From the NCBI RefSeq assembly GCF_009914755.1, contig NC_060925.1: a DNA stretch of 64,000 bases, one strand, 5' to 3'. The position numbers and the translations under genes are program-made. The notes beneath the pieces were generated by a model that searched no databases, was not told the DNA's origin, and saw only the letters and a list, made by a program, of their open reading frames with translations. Positions 37,981-52,570 of the stretch are shown one piece after another; position 1 is the stretch's first letter; the number at the start of each line of letters is the position of its first letter. The stretch is from the human T2T-CHM13v2.0 reference genome, Homo sapiens.

Positions 37981-38274
37981 TACAACCATTATGAAAATGC
38001 CTGACACTTTAAAAAAGGTTAATGTTAATCTTAAATTTTTGAGAACTTTTCTAAGAAGTAGGCATTAATCGCTTTTCATATTTACTAGAAATGTTTTCCC
38101 AAGTAATTTTTTCCACAAAAATAATTATTAATTATGTTGTTCTATATAATTTTAAACGTTCATTTAGTAAAGAATACTGGCTTATTTCTTTGTGATTTCG
38201 TGTACTTCATTGAAAATTGAGAAGTTATTCCCCATCTTAAATCCATTAAATATTCACCTATTTTTTGTTGTTCA

Positions 38275-38284
38275 TGTGTGTGCG

Positions 38285-38322
<38 letters not shown>
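38275..38322. repeat. (TG)n microsatellite
   Basis: About 17 uninterrupted TG units at 38288-38322. Confidence 0.95.
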
Positions 38323-38324
<2 letters not shown>

Positions 38325-38399
38325 CTTTTACGCGTAGTGTTTTTGAAGCATAGGCTCTGTATTTGTTCTACATTTCTCTTCATATGGCTTCCAGAGATG

Positions 38400-38851
38400 C
38401 CTGGGGAGATGACCTCTGGCAGTGACACGCAATATAGTCACAAAGTCACATTTTTTCCTTATGAGAAATCAGATAGCCTCTGTTTTCCAGAATCCTGAAG
38501 TTAGGTGGCACTGTATGACTGAGTTCAGGCCAAAGGCATGGGGGTTGGTCGGTGGAGAGTGAGGGATGGCACTTTCAGGATGCCCCTAGTAAAACTGCCT
38601 GCATACTTCCTCTGTGCACCCTCCCTGGAGGCTTTTGACAATTGGCCAGATTATATGACCCCTGGGGGTAGTAGAGCCCCTAGATAGAAACAATCTGAAT
38701 TCCTGAATGATTGTGCAGAATAGAGAGCTTTGGAGGGCATTGCACTGTGAAGTGAGTGAGAGTGAAGAAAACAAACACAAATAAAAAACAATTATTTTCA
38801 ATTAAGCTGCTAAAGGATTTGTTATAGTGGTTAACCTACGTTGACTAATAA
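38400..38851 (+). mobile_element. MLT1J-like MaLR LTR
   Basis: ttttccagaatcc...agttaggtggcactgtatgactgagttcaggccaaaggcatg...ttaagctgctaaaggatttgttatagtgg...tgactaata. Confidence 0.65.
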
Positions 38852-40369
38852 ATGACCTTTGTTCTGTTTCCACTGTTCTAAATACCAGAAAGCACTTATA
38901 TTAGGCTGGCTCTGCCTGGGAAGGCTAAAGGTAAAAAATGATGACTGAGTAATTCCCTGGTTGTAATATACACTTCCTTAATTAGATAGTACATGCATAA
39001 CTTTTATGAAAGTGACTGTCACATAAAAAGAGGTTAATGTCAGTCTTAATCTTTTGAAAGTTTTTATAGATGGCATAGATTAAGAATTTGCCAAATTTGG
39101 TGGTAATATATTCCCACGTTATATGTATTTGTATGTTATATGTAGTGTATACTGTGTTTACATTGAATATTATCTAAACTAATTTTTAACTTGATGACTC
39201 CCAGCATACAGGTAGCATAACCTGTTCACAGAGGTGTTTTACCCTTATTTATTTGAAGCTGCACTTGAGTGAAACACAGATGTGACACTGATTCACTCAG
39301 GTGTTGTCATCTGTAGCTCATCTCCCCTTGGTGAAGATTTTTGAGACCTGAAACCTTGAAATACTGTACATCCTAAAAAATTATATTAATTATTCAGCTG
39401 TTTAATCTTGATTCCTTGATCCACTAACTTCTTTCTTTCTATCCATTAGCTAAATGAATGTTGGTTGATTTATGCAAATAGCATGCAGGGCATCCCTGCC
39501 ATTGTCTGCTGTCATCTTTCCATCAGTCTGAATATACTATTTACCTATATCAAGACAGGTTGTGCACTGACTTAATTTAACCAGGTTTTATTTTGGTACT
39601 TGGTGCAAACTAATGATTTAAATCGATATAGGAGCATTGAATTTTCCAAACAATTTGTTTAAAATTAGATTTATCTCCATAGAAATTTGACAATTGCATT
39701 AGATTAAATTTGTTCTCAGTTGAGTATGCTTGATGGTTGTTTCTTTCCAGTTTCTAAACTATATATTTTTAAATATTTAAAATTATAAAAGCCATGCATG
39801 TTTTTGATTACATGCATTCTACTTGACACTGTCATTTCCAGTCACCAGCAAACCATTGTTAACACTGGTGAGTTCTTCTTCTGTGTGCTATGCAAAGATA
39901 CATAGGATTAGATAGAGTAGATAAATAGCAAAAGATATAATGTTCAATAGAAATCTTTTTTTTTTACTTTTTACAAAAATATAATCATACTTTGGATGTT
40001 TTTATGAATCTTGCTATGTTAACAATTTATTATATGTTTAATATGTATCAATTTATCAACATATAAAAGTATTTAGTTTTGTAAACAGCTTGAAAGCACT
40101 GATATATTCAGGTACCATATAGATAAAATTATTTTGCTGTCAATGAATTTTTTTATAGTTAAGGTTCACTTTTTAAATTACGGACCAAATTGATACGTAT
40201 CATTGAACAATACAAACTTAACAATAAAAATCGTGAACAAGTGTGTTTTTCTCTGAATGTTTGATTTGAACTGTTTATAATATCATGAAAGGGATTATTA
40301 AATTACTTTTTATTATTTCCACCTTGTGGCAGGTTTATCTGAAGTTATATATTAACATGCAAATATAGG

Positions 40370-41340
40370 CAGCATCACTATGAACAATTTATGTATGCCC
40401 AAATTTCTGTTACCATGGCTTAGTTAAATAACACTAGTACCCACAACACACAGCACAAATTTCAGTTACCGTGATATATCAACTGTGGATAATTGCATAT
40501 AGCATTAAGTTTGTGGTTAGCTCCCTATTCTACAAATCACTACATATATAGCAACTGTATATCATGATTAATAACTAATCACATCACATCGATCAAGGTT
40601 GGACAGTAATAGGTGATTATTCATCTGTTATTCTGCTCATACACAGACAGCAAAATGTGTAATATTATTTTATTGTATTATGTGATAAACCCACATGTCA
40701 TTTTACAAAAAATAAATAATAAATCAAAAAGATGGGCCAACAAAGGTAAAATGCAACAAACAATAAATGTAATAACAATGAAAGTAAAATTTAAATTGAA
40801 TATATATGGCACGATAGAAGAAATAGCTGACCATGATTCTAATATGCAGCCAAGGAGGCTTAGTTAAGGCAATCTTAGCAATACAATTGAGAAAAGTGAT
40901 TATAATACAAATAATGATGTCCAGAGGAATTGACATGGGCAAAAACCTTCCCATTAATGGAATTCAGAGATATTTCAAGACACTGAAACTGCAAAGGGTA
41001 ACATGTTGAAATCTTATCCAAATTTAGCAAAAAGTTCTGATATTTTGCCTAAGCATGGAAAGATGCTCATTTTATCATAAATCACATGGTGAGAAATGCA
41101 GGAGGAGAGTATTCTTCAAACTTGATAAGGCTTTAAATAGGAACAGGGAAAAATAACACTACAATTCTCTGTTTAAAATTACAGTGTAACAAATATCTGT
41201 TAGCTGCACTAGTTTTATTTTTCACTTCCATATAGAAATATGATCAACAGTTCGAAAGTTTTGAATGTTTTAACAAAATAAATAAGGATTACAGAACAAT
41301 AATAAATTTTCCTATGTATTTATAAAATCAATTTCTGTCA
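40370..41340 (+). mobile_element. Tigger13a-like DNA transposon
   Basis: aaatttcagttaccgtgatatatcaactgtggataattgcata...ggccaacaaaggtaaaatgc...atagaagaaatagctgaccatg...aatatgcagccaaggaggcttagt...gagatatttcaagacactgaaa. Confidence 0.7.
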
Positions 41341-41444
41341 TAATTTTTATACTCCAAGTATTAGTTTTCTATATTACATCATTATATATAAAAATAGTTT
41401 AATTTTTGTTCATGTTTGGCATTTATTTCTAAAACCTATTAAGA

Positions 41445-41870
41445 CATGGAATCAACATAAATACCCAAATAAAATGTGATACATATACAGCATGGAATAT
41501 TATACTGCCATAAAAAATAATGATATCATGTCCTTTGCAGGAACATGGATAAAGCTGGGGCCATTATCCTTAGCAAATGAATGCAGAAACAGAAAACCAA
41601 ATACCACATGCTCTCACATATAAGTAAAAGCTAAATGATGAGAACACATGGACACACAGAGGGGAATAACAGACATAGGAGCCTATCAGAGGGTGGAGGG
41701 TGGAAGGAGGGAGTGGATGAGAAAAAATAACTAATGAGTACTGGGCTTAATACTGGAGTCATGAAATAATCTGTAAAAAAAACTCCCATGACATGAGTTT
41801 AGCTATATAATAAACCTGCATATGTACCCCTGAACTTAAAATAAAACTTAAAGCAAAACAAAACCAAAAA
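41445..41870 (+). mobile_element. 5'-truncated L1PA11-13-like 3' end
   Basis: atcatgtcctttgcaggaacatggat...gaaaaaataactaatgagtactgggcttaatac...gaaataatctgta...cccatgacatgagttt...gtacccctgaacttaaaataaaa. Confidence 0.88.
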
Positions 41871-42529
41871 ACTACTCGGTCTAAAAAAAATTACTCTTAA
41901 CATGGTTTTAGCCATTACAATTGGATGAAAAAAAAAACAAGCAGATGTACAGGTGTACAATGGAAATTCTAGAATTTTCTATAAGGAAATTCTGTATTTT
42001 ATAAAGTAGTAAGGGTTTAAAACGATTGAGTTGACACCAACACATTGACATATCTTTTTGAATCTCAATTAGATAAATATTGACAATTGAATTAATACTC
42101 TTCTGATACTGTTTACTTTCTCAAGATAATGCAAAGATTTTATAAATAAAATGCCTGAGACAAATTAAGAACTTTTGTCATTGCCATTAATATTTCAGGA
42201 GACCTGTCTCAAATATCTAGAATTAGACACAAAAAAGTAATTACTTTATTAATTATAATTTTTCTTTATATAATCAGGAAAAAAAACAAAAATATTTTAA
42301 ATCTAAGAATAAAGAAGACATAAAAAGCCAGTGCAGATGTAGGGGTATCACTTGTAAACAATGATAGCAGGGATTTAATAAAACCTTACACCCAATTGAG
42401 CAATAAATTGGCCTAAATTTTAAATTCAATCTATTCATTTAAATTCAATCCTCTATCAAATATAGATCTATCAAATATAGGGAAACCTAATTTCCCTATG
42501 GCAATTTTTACCAATTCATTCATATAGCA

Positions 42530-42763
42530 CAGATTGAATATCCGTTATTTAAAATGCTAGGAATCAGAAGTATTTCAAATTTTTTATTTTAGGGATTTTG
42601 AAATACATGCAGTATACTTAAATGCTGATCATGTCAAATTTGAAAATCTGAAATCCCAAATGCCCAAATTTCATTTCCTATGAGTGTTACATTGGCATCC
42701 AAAATGTTTCAGATTTTGAAGCATTCTGGATTTCAGATTTTTAGACTTGAGATGCTCAACCTC
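42530..42763 (+). mobile_element. Tigger4a/MER46A (Zombi) MITE
   Basis: TIRs cagattgaatatcc ... gatgctcaacct; internal aaaatctgaaatcccaaatgc and ttcagattttgaagcatt; about 235 bp. Orientation tentative. Confidence 0.8.
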
Positions 42764-43254
42764 TAATATCTAAATAAATTTAAATTATTGTATATGCATA
42801 TTTATATATTATGTATATTTATGACTACATAGGAATTTATATGAATATATGCCATGCCTACCTATGTTTCATATGCCCATCTTAGCAGTAAGTATAAATT
42901 GACAGTCTCTATTGGCTATATGTTTCCAATAATCCTGATAAAACAAATATACTTGATTAAAATGAAATCACTTGTAAATAATAATCATCAATACTTTAAT
43001 TGTTTTCTTTATTTGTCCTTTATTTTCTCAGATTTGAGAAATTCATAAAACCAGAGTAGCGTTTTATAATTCTTGTGACTAAAGAAAATTGTGTTAGTAT
43101 AAAAATGTATTTTCTTTAAATTCCTTTAATGAATGCAAGGTGATATTTTGTATGTACTTCATGTTATTTTGAAAGATCAAGTTTTGATTTTGAAAAATAT
43201 AAAAATACCAAATAAAACTATCTATTCATGCATTTTGGTCCAATATAATGCATG

Positions 43255-43574
43255 CGCTCACACCTGTAATCCCAGCACTTTGGGAGGCCGAGGTGGGTGG
43301 ATCATGAGGTCAGGAGTTTGAGACCAGCCTGCCCAACATGGTGAAACCCCATGTCTACTAAAAATACAAAAGTGAGTTGGGTGTGGTGGCATGCTTGTAA
43401 TCCCAACTACTCAGGAGGCTGAGGCAGGAGAGTCACTTGAACCCGGGAGGCAGAGGTTGCATTGAGCCAAGATCACGCCACTGCACTCCACCCTGGGTGA
43501 CAGAGAGAGACTCCGTCTCAAAAAAATAAAAATAAAATAAAATAAATAAATAATAAATAAATAAATAAATAAAT
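43255..43574 (+). mobile_element. AluSg-like, slightly 5'-truncated, (TAAA)n tail
   Basis: ctcacacctgtaatcccagcactttgggaggccgaggtgggtggatcatgaggtcaggagtttgagacc...gactccgtctcaaaaaaataaa. Confidence 0.93.
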
Positions 43575-46500
43575 ATACGAATGTGTTTGTGGGTACATAT
43601 ATCATATGTGTTACAAGAAACAAAATTGTATTTGTTGATTTCCTACTTATAATTAACTGACAGAGTTACATCAACTGGAATTACCTGAAGTGCAGATTTC
43701 TTGAAAACATAGGATGGTAACTTTGAACTACCACGTAGAAACTTAGAAATTTTTAAAGCACTGCAGCATCCACAAACTCATTTAAACTATTTAAGTCATT
43801 TTATAATATTATATTAGCAACAATTATATTTGCTTTAGAGCTTGGTTTTACTAACGTCCCTTCTATTATTTTGAAAAACTTCAAAATTTGTTAACTTGGG
43901 ACTGTGTGAGCTTTCTATAGCATGAGCATTTATTTAGGTAACATAGTGGTTTTATTTTAGATAACACTTTCAGATTACTGTCTAAAACCTTGAAGGCAAA
44001 ACAATTAAATAAACAGTGATCTTATCAGATGATTTCTAAGCCATTGGTCGAATAAGTTGTACAGTATTCTGGTAATGCTGCTTGGATATGTGATGTTTGC
44101 TTTTAACAGAAATATATAAGAGTGAAGCAAAACAACTATTTGACCATGCTTTAGTAGATCTTATAAGACTATCAAATTCCCATTGACATATGACTTATGG
44201 CATTAATATGTTAATCTTGCAAAGGATTTAAAAAATAGACAATTTTAGTTGAACAAACCACAATTATCTGCTTGCCAACAGTTGATAAATCATTTATTTT
44301 TCTGTTCCACTGTAATACTCAATAAAAAATAAAAATTCCTGATACTGTAATCAAAGTGTATTGCTGTATATCATTCAATGACAATCTAGAGCAAATTTCA
44401 ACTAAGGACAGATTTGTTTTTTGAATTGACTTGACAGAGCAAGAAAGATTTAAGAAATATCTTGTAAGTGCTTAGTTGAAAACTTCTTGCCAAATATCAT
44501 CAATCTATATTCTACTGAGACCAAATTTACCAGAGAGTTACATGGAACTCAAATAAGTTTCTCTGCTACAAATTTTGATGTTACATAGTTAAAAATTCTT
44601 ATATTTCTCAAATTCTTGGTATTGTAAATGGTTTCAAATTTTGAGAATGCCTTCATTAACCACCTGCTTGCTTGATTAAATTACAATACTGGAACGCAGT
44701 ACTACTTTTATATCTTGAAGGCAAAATATGTCTGTTTGGTAATGAGTAACATTAGAATTCCTTAATGTGTAAATCTTAATACTGCAAAAAATATGAAAAA
44801 GAATTAAAACACCTATAATGGAGTAATGGTTGGTCATTAAGGGATACTTTTCTATTTAGCATTTCTTTTACTGTGCTAGGAATGGTCATGCAGTTAGTTC
44901 TGCGACTGCATTATAGTTTTGTTCACAGTTAACAAAAGATGTGTGGAATAAGATGAACATTTTCTTATATTTGCACCTAGGCAAAAAGTAACAAAATTAC
45001 ATACATTTTATTTGAAGAAATAATAAATGTGGCTAATAAACAATCTACATTTTTATCTCTCCAAATAAAATGTATGTAATTTATATAGAACAAAAAAGTA
45101 TACATAAATGTTGGTTTCAGTTTTTTAAAAATGCCTGAAATCTATGCTATGTATTTATTTAAATGTGAAATGTAAATCAATACTAATCTTTCTAATTGCC
45201 AAGGCTGTTATTGCCTTAATATCAGGTTACATAATACATTTTTTTCTTGACATCATCTGGACCTTACATCCTATTAAGTGGTTAGTCTTCTTTCTAAATT
45301 CTGAAGTCTGAATAATAATTTTGCATGTATCGTGTCACAACATGTTTTTATAAAAGACAAAACTGCATAGAGGAAAGAATACTTATGCAGAGGTGATAAT
45401 ACTCTTACTTATCTTGATACAACCAAGGCCACAGAGGTACCACATGCGAGGGATGCAAATTTATGCTCATTACTTCACAATCACAGCTCAGTACTTTTTA
45501 AAAAAGCATGTTGGTGGTTGAAATCAGACTCAAAATAGATTCTGACTTGCTGAACTTTGAGTTAAATTCTGTGCTGAAAATAGGCCACCTAATGAATCCT
45601 TATGTTCTTGTCTTGGGCCTGGAGTACTAGCGGAACAGTCCCATTCCATATGGAAATGTTCCCTTTGGGGAACATATGTTCCTTCCCTGTATGTGCACTT
45701 TGTTCAGAGCCTCTGTGACATATTCTGACAGTTGTCTTAACTTTGAATAGCAGGAAGAATATCAAGTTAGGTTTTTTGAGATTCTTTTATTTTTTCAATG
45801 GAGGCATTTTACCAATTGGAGGCATTTACCACTATAAACTACCCTCTAAATACTGTGTTTGCTACTTCCTGTGAGTTTTAGTAGGTTCTGTTAAGTTTTC
45901 ACATGTTTTGAGATATTTTCTAATTTCCTTTTGATTTCTTTTTTTTAACCCATTGGTTGTTCAAGAATGTTTTGTTCAATTTCTACATATTTGTAATTTT
46001 TAATCTATTTTTCTTCTGTTATTGATTTCTAATTCACTTTATTTTGGTTAGAAAAGATACTTGGTATAATTTAAATCTTCTCAATTTTTTTGACTTATTT
46101 TGTGATCTAACTTGTGATCTATAGTGGAGAATGTTACATGTGTGCTTGAGAAGAAGATAAATTCTGTTTATCTTGGGTGAAATGATCTGTGTGCATCTGT
46201 TAGACCAATTAGGTGTATGGTGTTTTTCAAATCTGTCATTTCTGTTGATTTTCTGTCAGGCGTTTTTTCCATAATTGAAAGTAGTGTATTGAAGACTCCT
46301 ACTATTATTGTATTACTGTATATTTCTCTCTTCAGTTCTGTCAGTTTGTTTTATGTATTCAGCTTGTTTTATATACCTGATGTTGTGTGTCTACATATTA
46401 AAATTTGTTAAATTAATATCTTGCCAATAAATTGACACTTTCTAAATATATGTTTCCTTGTCTCTTATGACAGTCTTTTTCCCTAACATCTATTTTGTCT

Positions 46501-47111
46501 TATATAGGTATATACATCTTTGCTCTCTTTCAGTTGTTATTTCCAAAAAATATCTTTTTCTATCCCTTTACTTTCAGCCTCTGCATGTCCTTAAAGCTGA
46601 AGTTTATTTCTTGTAGATAACATCTAGTTGGGTCTTATTTTCCTTAATCCATTCAGTCACTCCATGTCTTTGATCAGGAACCATAAGCCACTTACATTTA
46701 AAGTTATTGTTGATAGGGAATTATTTACTGCTGCATTTTGTTTATTGTTTTCCATTTGTCTTGTAATTCTTTTGTCCCTATGTTTTCTCTCTTGCTATTT
46801 CTTTGTGTTTTCTTAACTTTCCATATTAATATGAGTTGATTTCTTTATCTTTTTTTGTGTGTAATTTCTACAGGTATTTTATTTGTGTTTACTATGGGGT
46901 TTAAGGAAAATATCTTATAGTTTATAAGTTGATTTTGTTTTTGTTTTTGCTTATTTCAAGGTATCTTCTAATTTCCCTTTTGATTTCTTTTATGTCCCAT
47001 GGGTTGTTTAAGGGTGTTTTGTTTAATTTTATTTAATTTCAAATGCATTAATTTTTTTCTTCTGCTTTATTTAGTCTTCTGCTAATCTCCAGTAGAATTT
47101 CTAATTCAGTA

Positions 47112-49712
47112 TGATATGGTATCAATCTGTGCCCTCACAAAATCTCATGTCAAATTATCATACCCAGCATTGGATGTGGGCCTGGTGGGAGGTGGCTGGA
47201 TTATGAGTGTAAATTTCTCGTGAATGGTTTAGCACCACCTTTTTTGGTGCTGTTCTCATGATAATGAGTGAGTTCTCTTAAGATCTAGTTGTTTAAAAGT
47301 TTGCAGCACCTCTCCCCTCATTCTCCCTTGCTCTTTTATAGCAATACAAGAACTGACTAATACAGAAAATTGATACTTTGCTCTAAAGATACCCAAAAAT
47401 GTGGAAGCAGCTTTGGAACTGGATAATGGGAAGAGGTTGGAAGAATTTGGCATGCTCAGAAGACTGGAAGATGAGGGATAATTTGGAACTTCCTAGAGAC
47501 TGGTTGGATGGTTATCACCAAAATGCTGGCAGTTATAAGGACAGTGAAGGCCAGGCTGATGAGGTTTCAGATGGAAATGAGTAACTTATAGGGAACTGAA
47601 GTAAATGTCACTTTTGATATGCCTTAGCAAAGAACTTGCCTGCATTGTGCCACTGCCCTAGGGGTCTGTGGGACTTTGAACTTGAGAGGGTTGATTTAGA
47701 GTATCTGGTGGAAGCAATGTCTAAGGAGCAAAGCATTGAAGATGCAGCCTGGCTGCTTCTAACAACTTATTTGTGTGAGCAAAGAAATGATCTAAAGTTG
47801 AAACTTATATATAAAAGGGAAGCAGATTGTAAATGTTTGGAAAATTTACATGCTGTCCATGTGGTAGAAAACCCATTTACAGGGAAAAAATTTAAGTGAG
47901 CTGCAGGAATTTGCATAAGTGAAAAGGAGCCAAGTGCTAATAATCAAGAAAAGAGCATAGAATAGCTTCATGGTCCAGACCCAGGGCCCCACTGCCATGG
48001 ACAGCCTCAGGACATTGCTCTCCATATTTCAGTGTCTCCATCTCTAGCCATGGCCCAAAGAGGTCCAGGCACAGCTTGGACCACTGCTTCAGAAGGTGCA
48101 AGCCATAAACCTTGGCAGCTACCACATGATGCTAAGCCTGCAGGTGCACATAGTGCAAAAATTGAGGCTTGGGAGCCTCTTCCTGAATTTCAGATTGTGT
48201 ATGAAAAAGCCTGGATGTCCAGGCAGAAGCCTACTGTAGAGGTAGAGCCCTCCATATATACACCATGGAATACTATGCAGCCATAAAAAAGGATGAGTTC
48301 ATGTCCTTTGTAGGGACATGGATGAAGCTGGAAACCATCATTCTCAGCAAACTATCGCAAGGACAAAAAACCAAACACTGCATGTTCTCACTCATAGGTG
48401 GGAATTGAACAGTGAGAACACTTGGACACAGGAAGGGGAACATCACACACCGGGGCCTGTTGTGGGGTGGGGAGAGGGGAGGGATAGCATTAGGAGATAT
48501 ACCTAATGTAAATGATGAGTTAATGGGTGCAGAACACCAACATGGCACATGTATACATATGTAACAAACCTGCACGTTGTGCACATGTACCCTGGAACTT
48601 AAAGTATAATAAAAAAGAAAGAAAGAAAGAAATAGAGCCCTCATGGAGAAACTTGTCTAGGGCAATGTAGAAGGACCACGTGGGGTTGGAGCCCCTACAA
48701 AGAGCCCCACTGGGGCACTGCCCAGTGGATCTATGAGAAGAGGGCCACTGTGTCTGCCTCAGAATTGCAGATCCACCAACAGCTTGCATCCTCAGCTTGG
48801 AAAAGCCAGACACTCAGTGCCAACTCTGTGAGCAGCCTTGGGGACAGAACCATGCAAAGCCACAGGGATGGAGCTGTCCAAGGTCTCAGGAGCCTACCCT
48901 TTGCATCAGTGTGCCCTGGATATGGAACAAGAAGTTGAAGAAGATTGTTATGGAGGCTTAAGATTTAATGACAGTCCTGCTGGGTTTTAGACTGGGATTT
49001 AATGACAGCCCTGCTGGATTTTAGACATGGGGCTAATAGCCTCTTTCTTTTGGTTGATTTCTCTCTTTTGTAATGGGAGTATTTACACAATGCCTATACC
49101 CCCATTTTGTTTTGGGAGTAACTAACATGTTTTTTATTTTACAGGCTAATGGGCAAAATATACTAGCCTTGTCTCAGATGAGACTTTGGACTTTTGACTT
49201 AATGCTAAAATGACTTAAGACATTTGAGGACTGTTGGGAAGAGACTATTGCGTTTAGAATGTCAGAAGGACATGAGATTTAGGGGGCCAGAAGCAGAGTG
49301 ATATGGTTTGGATCTGTGTCCTCACCAAATCTCATGTTGAATTAATTGTAGTCCCCAGTGTTGGAAGTGGAGCCTGGTGGTAGGTGGATGGATCATGGGG
49401 ATGGATTTCTCATGAATGATTTAACACCATCCCCTTGGTGCTGTTCTCATGATAGTGAGTGAATTCTTGTAAGATCTGGTTGTTTAAAAGTGTGCAGCAT
49501 CTCCCCCCAACTCTCTCTTGCTCCTACTTCCTCTGTGTGAGACCGCTCATTCCCCCTTGTTTTTCATCATGACTGGAAGCTTCCTCAGGGCTCCCTAGAA
49601 GCAAAAGCCACTATGCTTTATCTACAGCCTGCAGAACTGTGAGCCTAGTGAGCCTCTTTTATATGTTACCCAGTTTCAGGTCTTTATAGCAATGTGAGAA
49701 TAGACTAATACA
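47112..49712 (+). mobile_element. MSTA MaLR provirus: deleted 5' LTR 47112-47364, internal 47365-49298, 3' LTR 49299-49712
   Basis: Both LTRs start tgatatggt and end gactaataca, sharing ggtgctgttctcatgata..gagtga..tct..taagatct.gttgtttaaaagt; internal aatgtggaagcagctttggaactgg...gaacttcctagagact; purine-rich tract before the 3' LTR. Confidence 0.92.
48253..48632 (+). mobile_element. 5'-truncated L1PA4/5-like 3' end inside MSTA internal sequence
   Basis: caccatggaatactatgcagccataaaaaaggatgagttcatgtcctttgtagggacatgg...actatcgcaaggacaaaaaacc; TSD tagagccctc at 48243 and 48633. Confidence 0.95.
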
Positions 49713-51800
49713 AATTATTATATTCTTATCTCCATGATTTCTGTTTGGTAACTTTTAATATTTTCCTATCCTTTGAAATTCTAACTTTGTTAGGCATTGT
49801 TTTCCTGAATCCAATAAGTATCTTTAGGATGGTGATTTTTTAGTTGATTTTTTGTTTATAATACTTTACCTGTTTCTTCATATTTTTTAACTCTCTATGT
49901 TGGAATCATCATATTAGCTAAAACAATTATCTCTCCCAGTCTTCACAAACTTGCTTTGAACATGAGAAGAAACTCATTAATTATACTGGACAGGAATTCT
50001 GGCTTTTTCTCCAACACTCCTGCTACTCCAACCTGTTTTCTTTTTTCTTAGTTTCCCCCAGGCATCTATTTAGATTATGACAGGTCCTGTCACTTCTCTG
50101 AGCTGAAAAAGACTGAATCTAGTTCCTCAAGTAGCTCTCAGAAAAGTTGAATTCTTGGATGCTCAGTCCAACTCTTTAACTGTGAAGGAAGAAACTGGCA
50201 TTTGAAGTTTTTCATTCACTTTCTCTGTGCTTAACAAGGCAAAGGGATTACTGTGCTAGGGTTACTGCTATACCAAACTGTCATCTCAGTTCTTCTTGGA
50301 TACAGTCAGTTTAATTATGCCTGGTTCCCTCAGCACTCTGAGAAGAGCAAAAGAGAAGCTAGTTCTGTGCATAGCCCTATGAAAATTTGGGCCATTTTGC
50401 ATGTAGTCTACATCTATCACATCTCAGAGACAGGCAAGAAGCTTGAGTGGGGAGATTCTTTACAATCCATGGCACTGTGATGGGGGTAGGATTATGTCAA
50501 AGAGAGTACCTTGTCTCAAACCTCTCTTCTGGCTTCAATGTAGGTAGTTTTTCTACTCACCTTGGATGCAGGAACCTCTATATGAATTTTTGGATTTCCA
50601 ACAAAGTGAATTTGTTTATGAATTGTTGAATTGGTGTATTCACAGCAGGAAGGAGGATGAAGAACTTTCTAGTCTGTCAGCTTGTCAGTACACTTCAAAT
50701 TAAGGGCAGTTTAAAAGAATTGAGAGATAATGGCAGGTAGAAACTTTCTGCTCATAAACACCATATTCTTTATTTCCTGATTTGCTGATTCATTTGATAA
50801 ACAATTTCAAAACCATAAACTTGTTCAACAATAAAAGGTGAGGCCTATAGTACTTGCCAAATAATTTCTTTTTTTAAAGTAGCTATTCTGTGAATGTCCA
50901 ATTTAATAAATCACAGAAAACAAGTCATCAAATGTTACCAAATATGTTGCCATTGTCATTAGCTTTGCTCCAAGGAATCTGAGCCCATCCAGGAACTGAA
51001 TTTAGAATGAAAACGTTATTTCTTCTTTCAGTAGCAACTGTATTTAATTTAAAGTATGAATATAAATAGGAATAGAGCTATAAAAGTAGAGTTCAACCTA
51101 AACCAGGACTAAGAATTTCAAAAACAAATGTTGTTTCTTTGTTGGCTATGCATACAATTCTTTATCCAAAATGAAATAAACCTAGACACATTAAATGTTT
51201 ATCAGTAATTCGTAAAATTGTCTTTTTTACTGTGGAATTCAAGTGATGTGTTGAGCTTACCTAAATTTATGTGCAGATTCCAACATAGGAGAGTCAAGAA
51301 ACACCAAAAAAAAATGGAAAATTGGATATAAACAATGTAAAAGAGGACATGATATAGTCGAGAGCCCCCAAGAAGTTTTTTTCTCCAGGAGGCTGGTCAT
51401 CTCAAAGAAAACTGCCTTGGAAACTAAGTTTAAAATGTGAAAGAATTAAAAAGTCTTGTCTTTGCCAAGGATACTTTAATATAGATGAGAATTAAAGGGA
51501 GGCTTTCCATTCTAGTATTTACACTTATTGCAGGAGAACATTATATTTTACCTATCTCTATGGCTTTTAGGGAAATAGAAAATCTGAGAATATGATGTCA
51601 TGTACTATAAAATCTTAAACTGGAAACAAGACTATAGTCTTTTTTTAAACTTTTATCACTGACTTTACATTAGAAAATCAGTGAATAAATGCTGCTTGAA
51701 TGACTTATAATTTTCTGACTTTAGAGTCAGGTTTTTTATCATCAAAATATCTGTATAATAAAGCTTAGTTAAAGGTGAGTGTTCTTTTATTTATATATTA

Positions 51801-52135
<335 letters not shown>

Positions 52136-52570
52136 TAAAATAGTGTAATCTGGTAATTTAGGGAGGGTCTGCAAATCTACTATCTCTTTGGCAATGCTGC
52201 TAACCATATATTTAGTTTATTCATGTGAACTGTATTAGGTCAACTATTATTTCATTTACACATTCAATATTTCATAGATTTAAGAATCATGAAGTGTGCA
52301 AGCAATTTTCATGATTCATACTAGTATGCAACATTTGGTTCCAATTGATCAATAAATAAAAGATTGGGATTATCATCTACTTTGGATGAAAAAGCATATA
52401 GTTTTGCTTGAAATAAGCAATGCTTAATAGGTATCAGTTTTGTTTAAATTAGAAGCATACTAACACACCCACGGAAACACAAAACAAAAAACATGAAGAA
52501 AGCTCCAAAGTGTTATGCTAAATTTTTACACTGAGAGTGCCTTAATGCCAGAAAGAAATGAATAAAAGTA

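Larger units (their letters stand above)
45770..50696 (-). mobile_element. Old L1M (L1MA/MB-age) ORF2 5' part, ORF1 and 5'UTR, interrupted by the MSTA provirus
   Basis: Antisense endonuclease-region sequence (gtattgaagactcctactattattg; tatccctttactttcagcct) at 45800-46900; resumes after 49713; ends with a 5'-terminus-like ttctagtctgtcagcttgtcagtacacttc. Confidence 0.7.

Noticed and set aside
44886-44976. Possible minus-strand terminal exon (ttttgttactttttgcctag|G, then CKYKKMFILFHTSFVNCEQNYNAVAELTA*)
   Set aside because: The acceptor is reasonable, but I found no convincing upstream partner exon, nearby poly(A) signal or recognisable peptide. Compatible with chance.
47399-48938. Dense ORF cluster
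   Set aside because: MSTA internal sequence and an L1PA 3'UTR; frames are fragmented.
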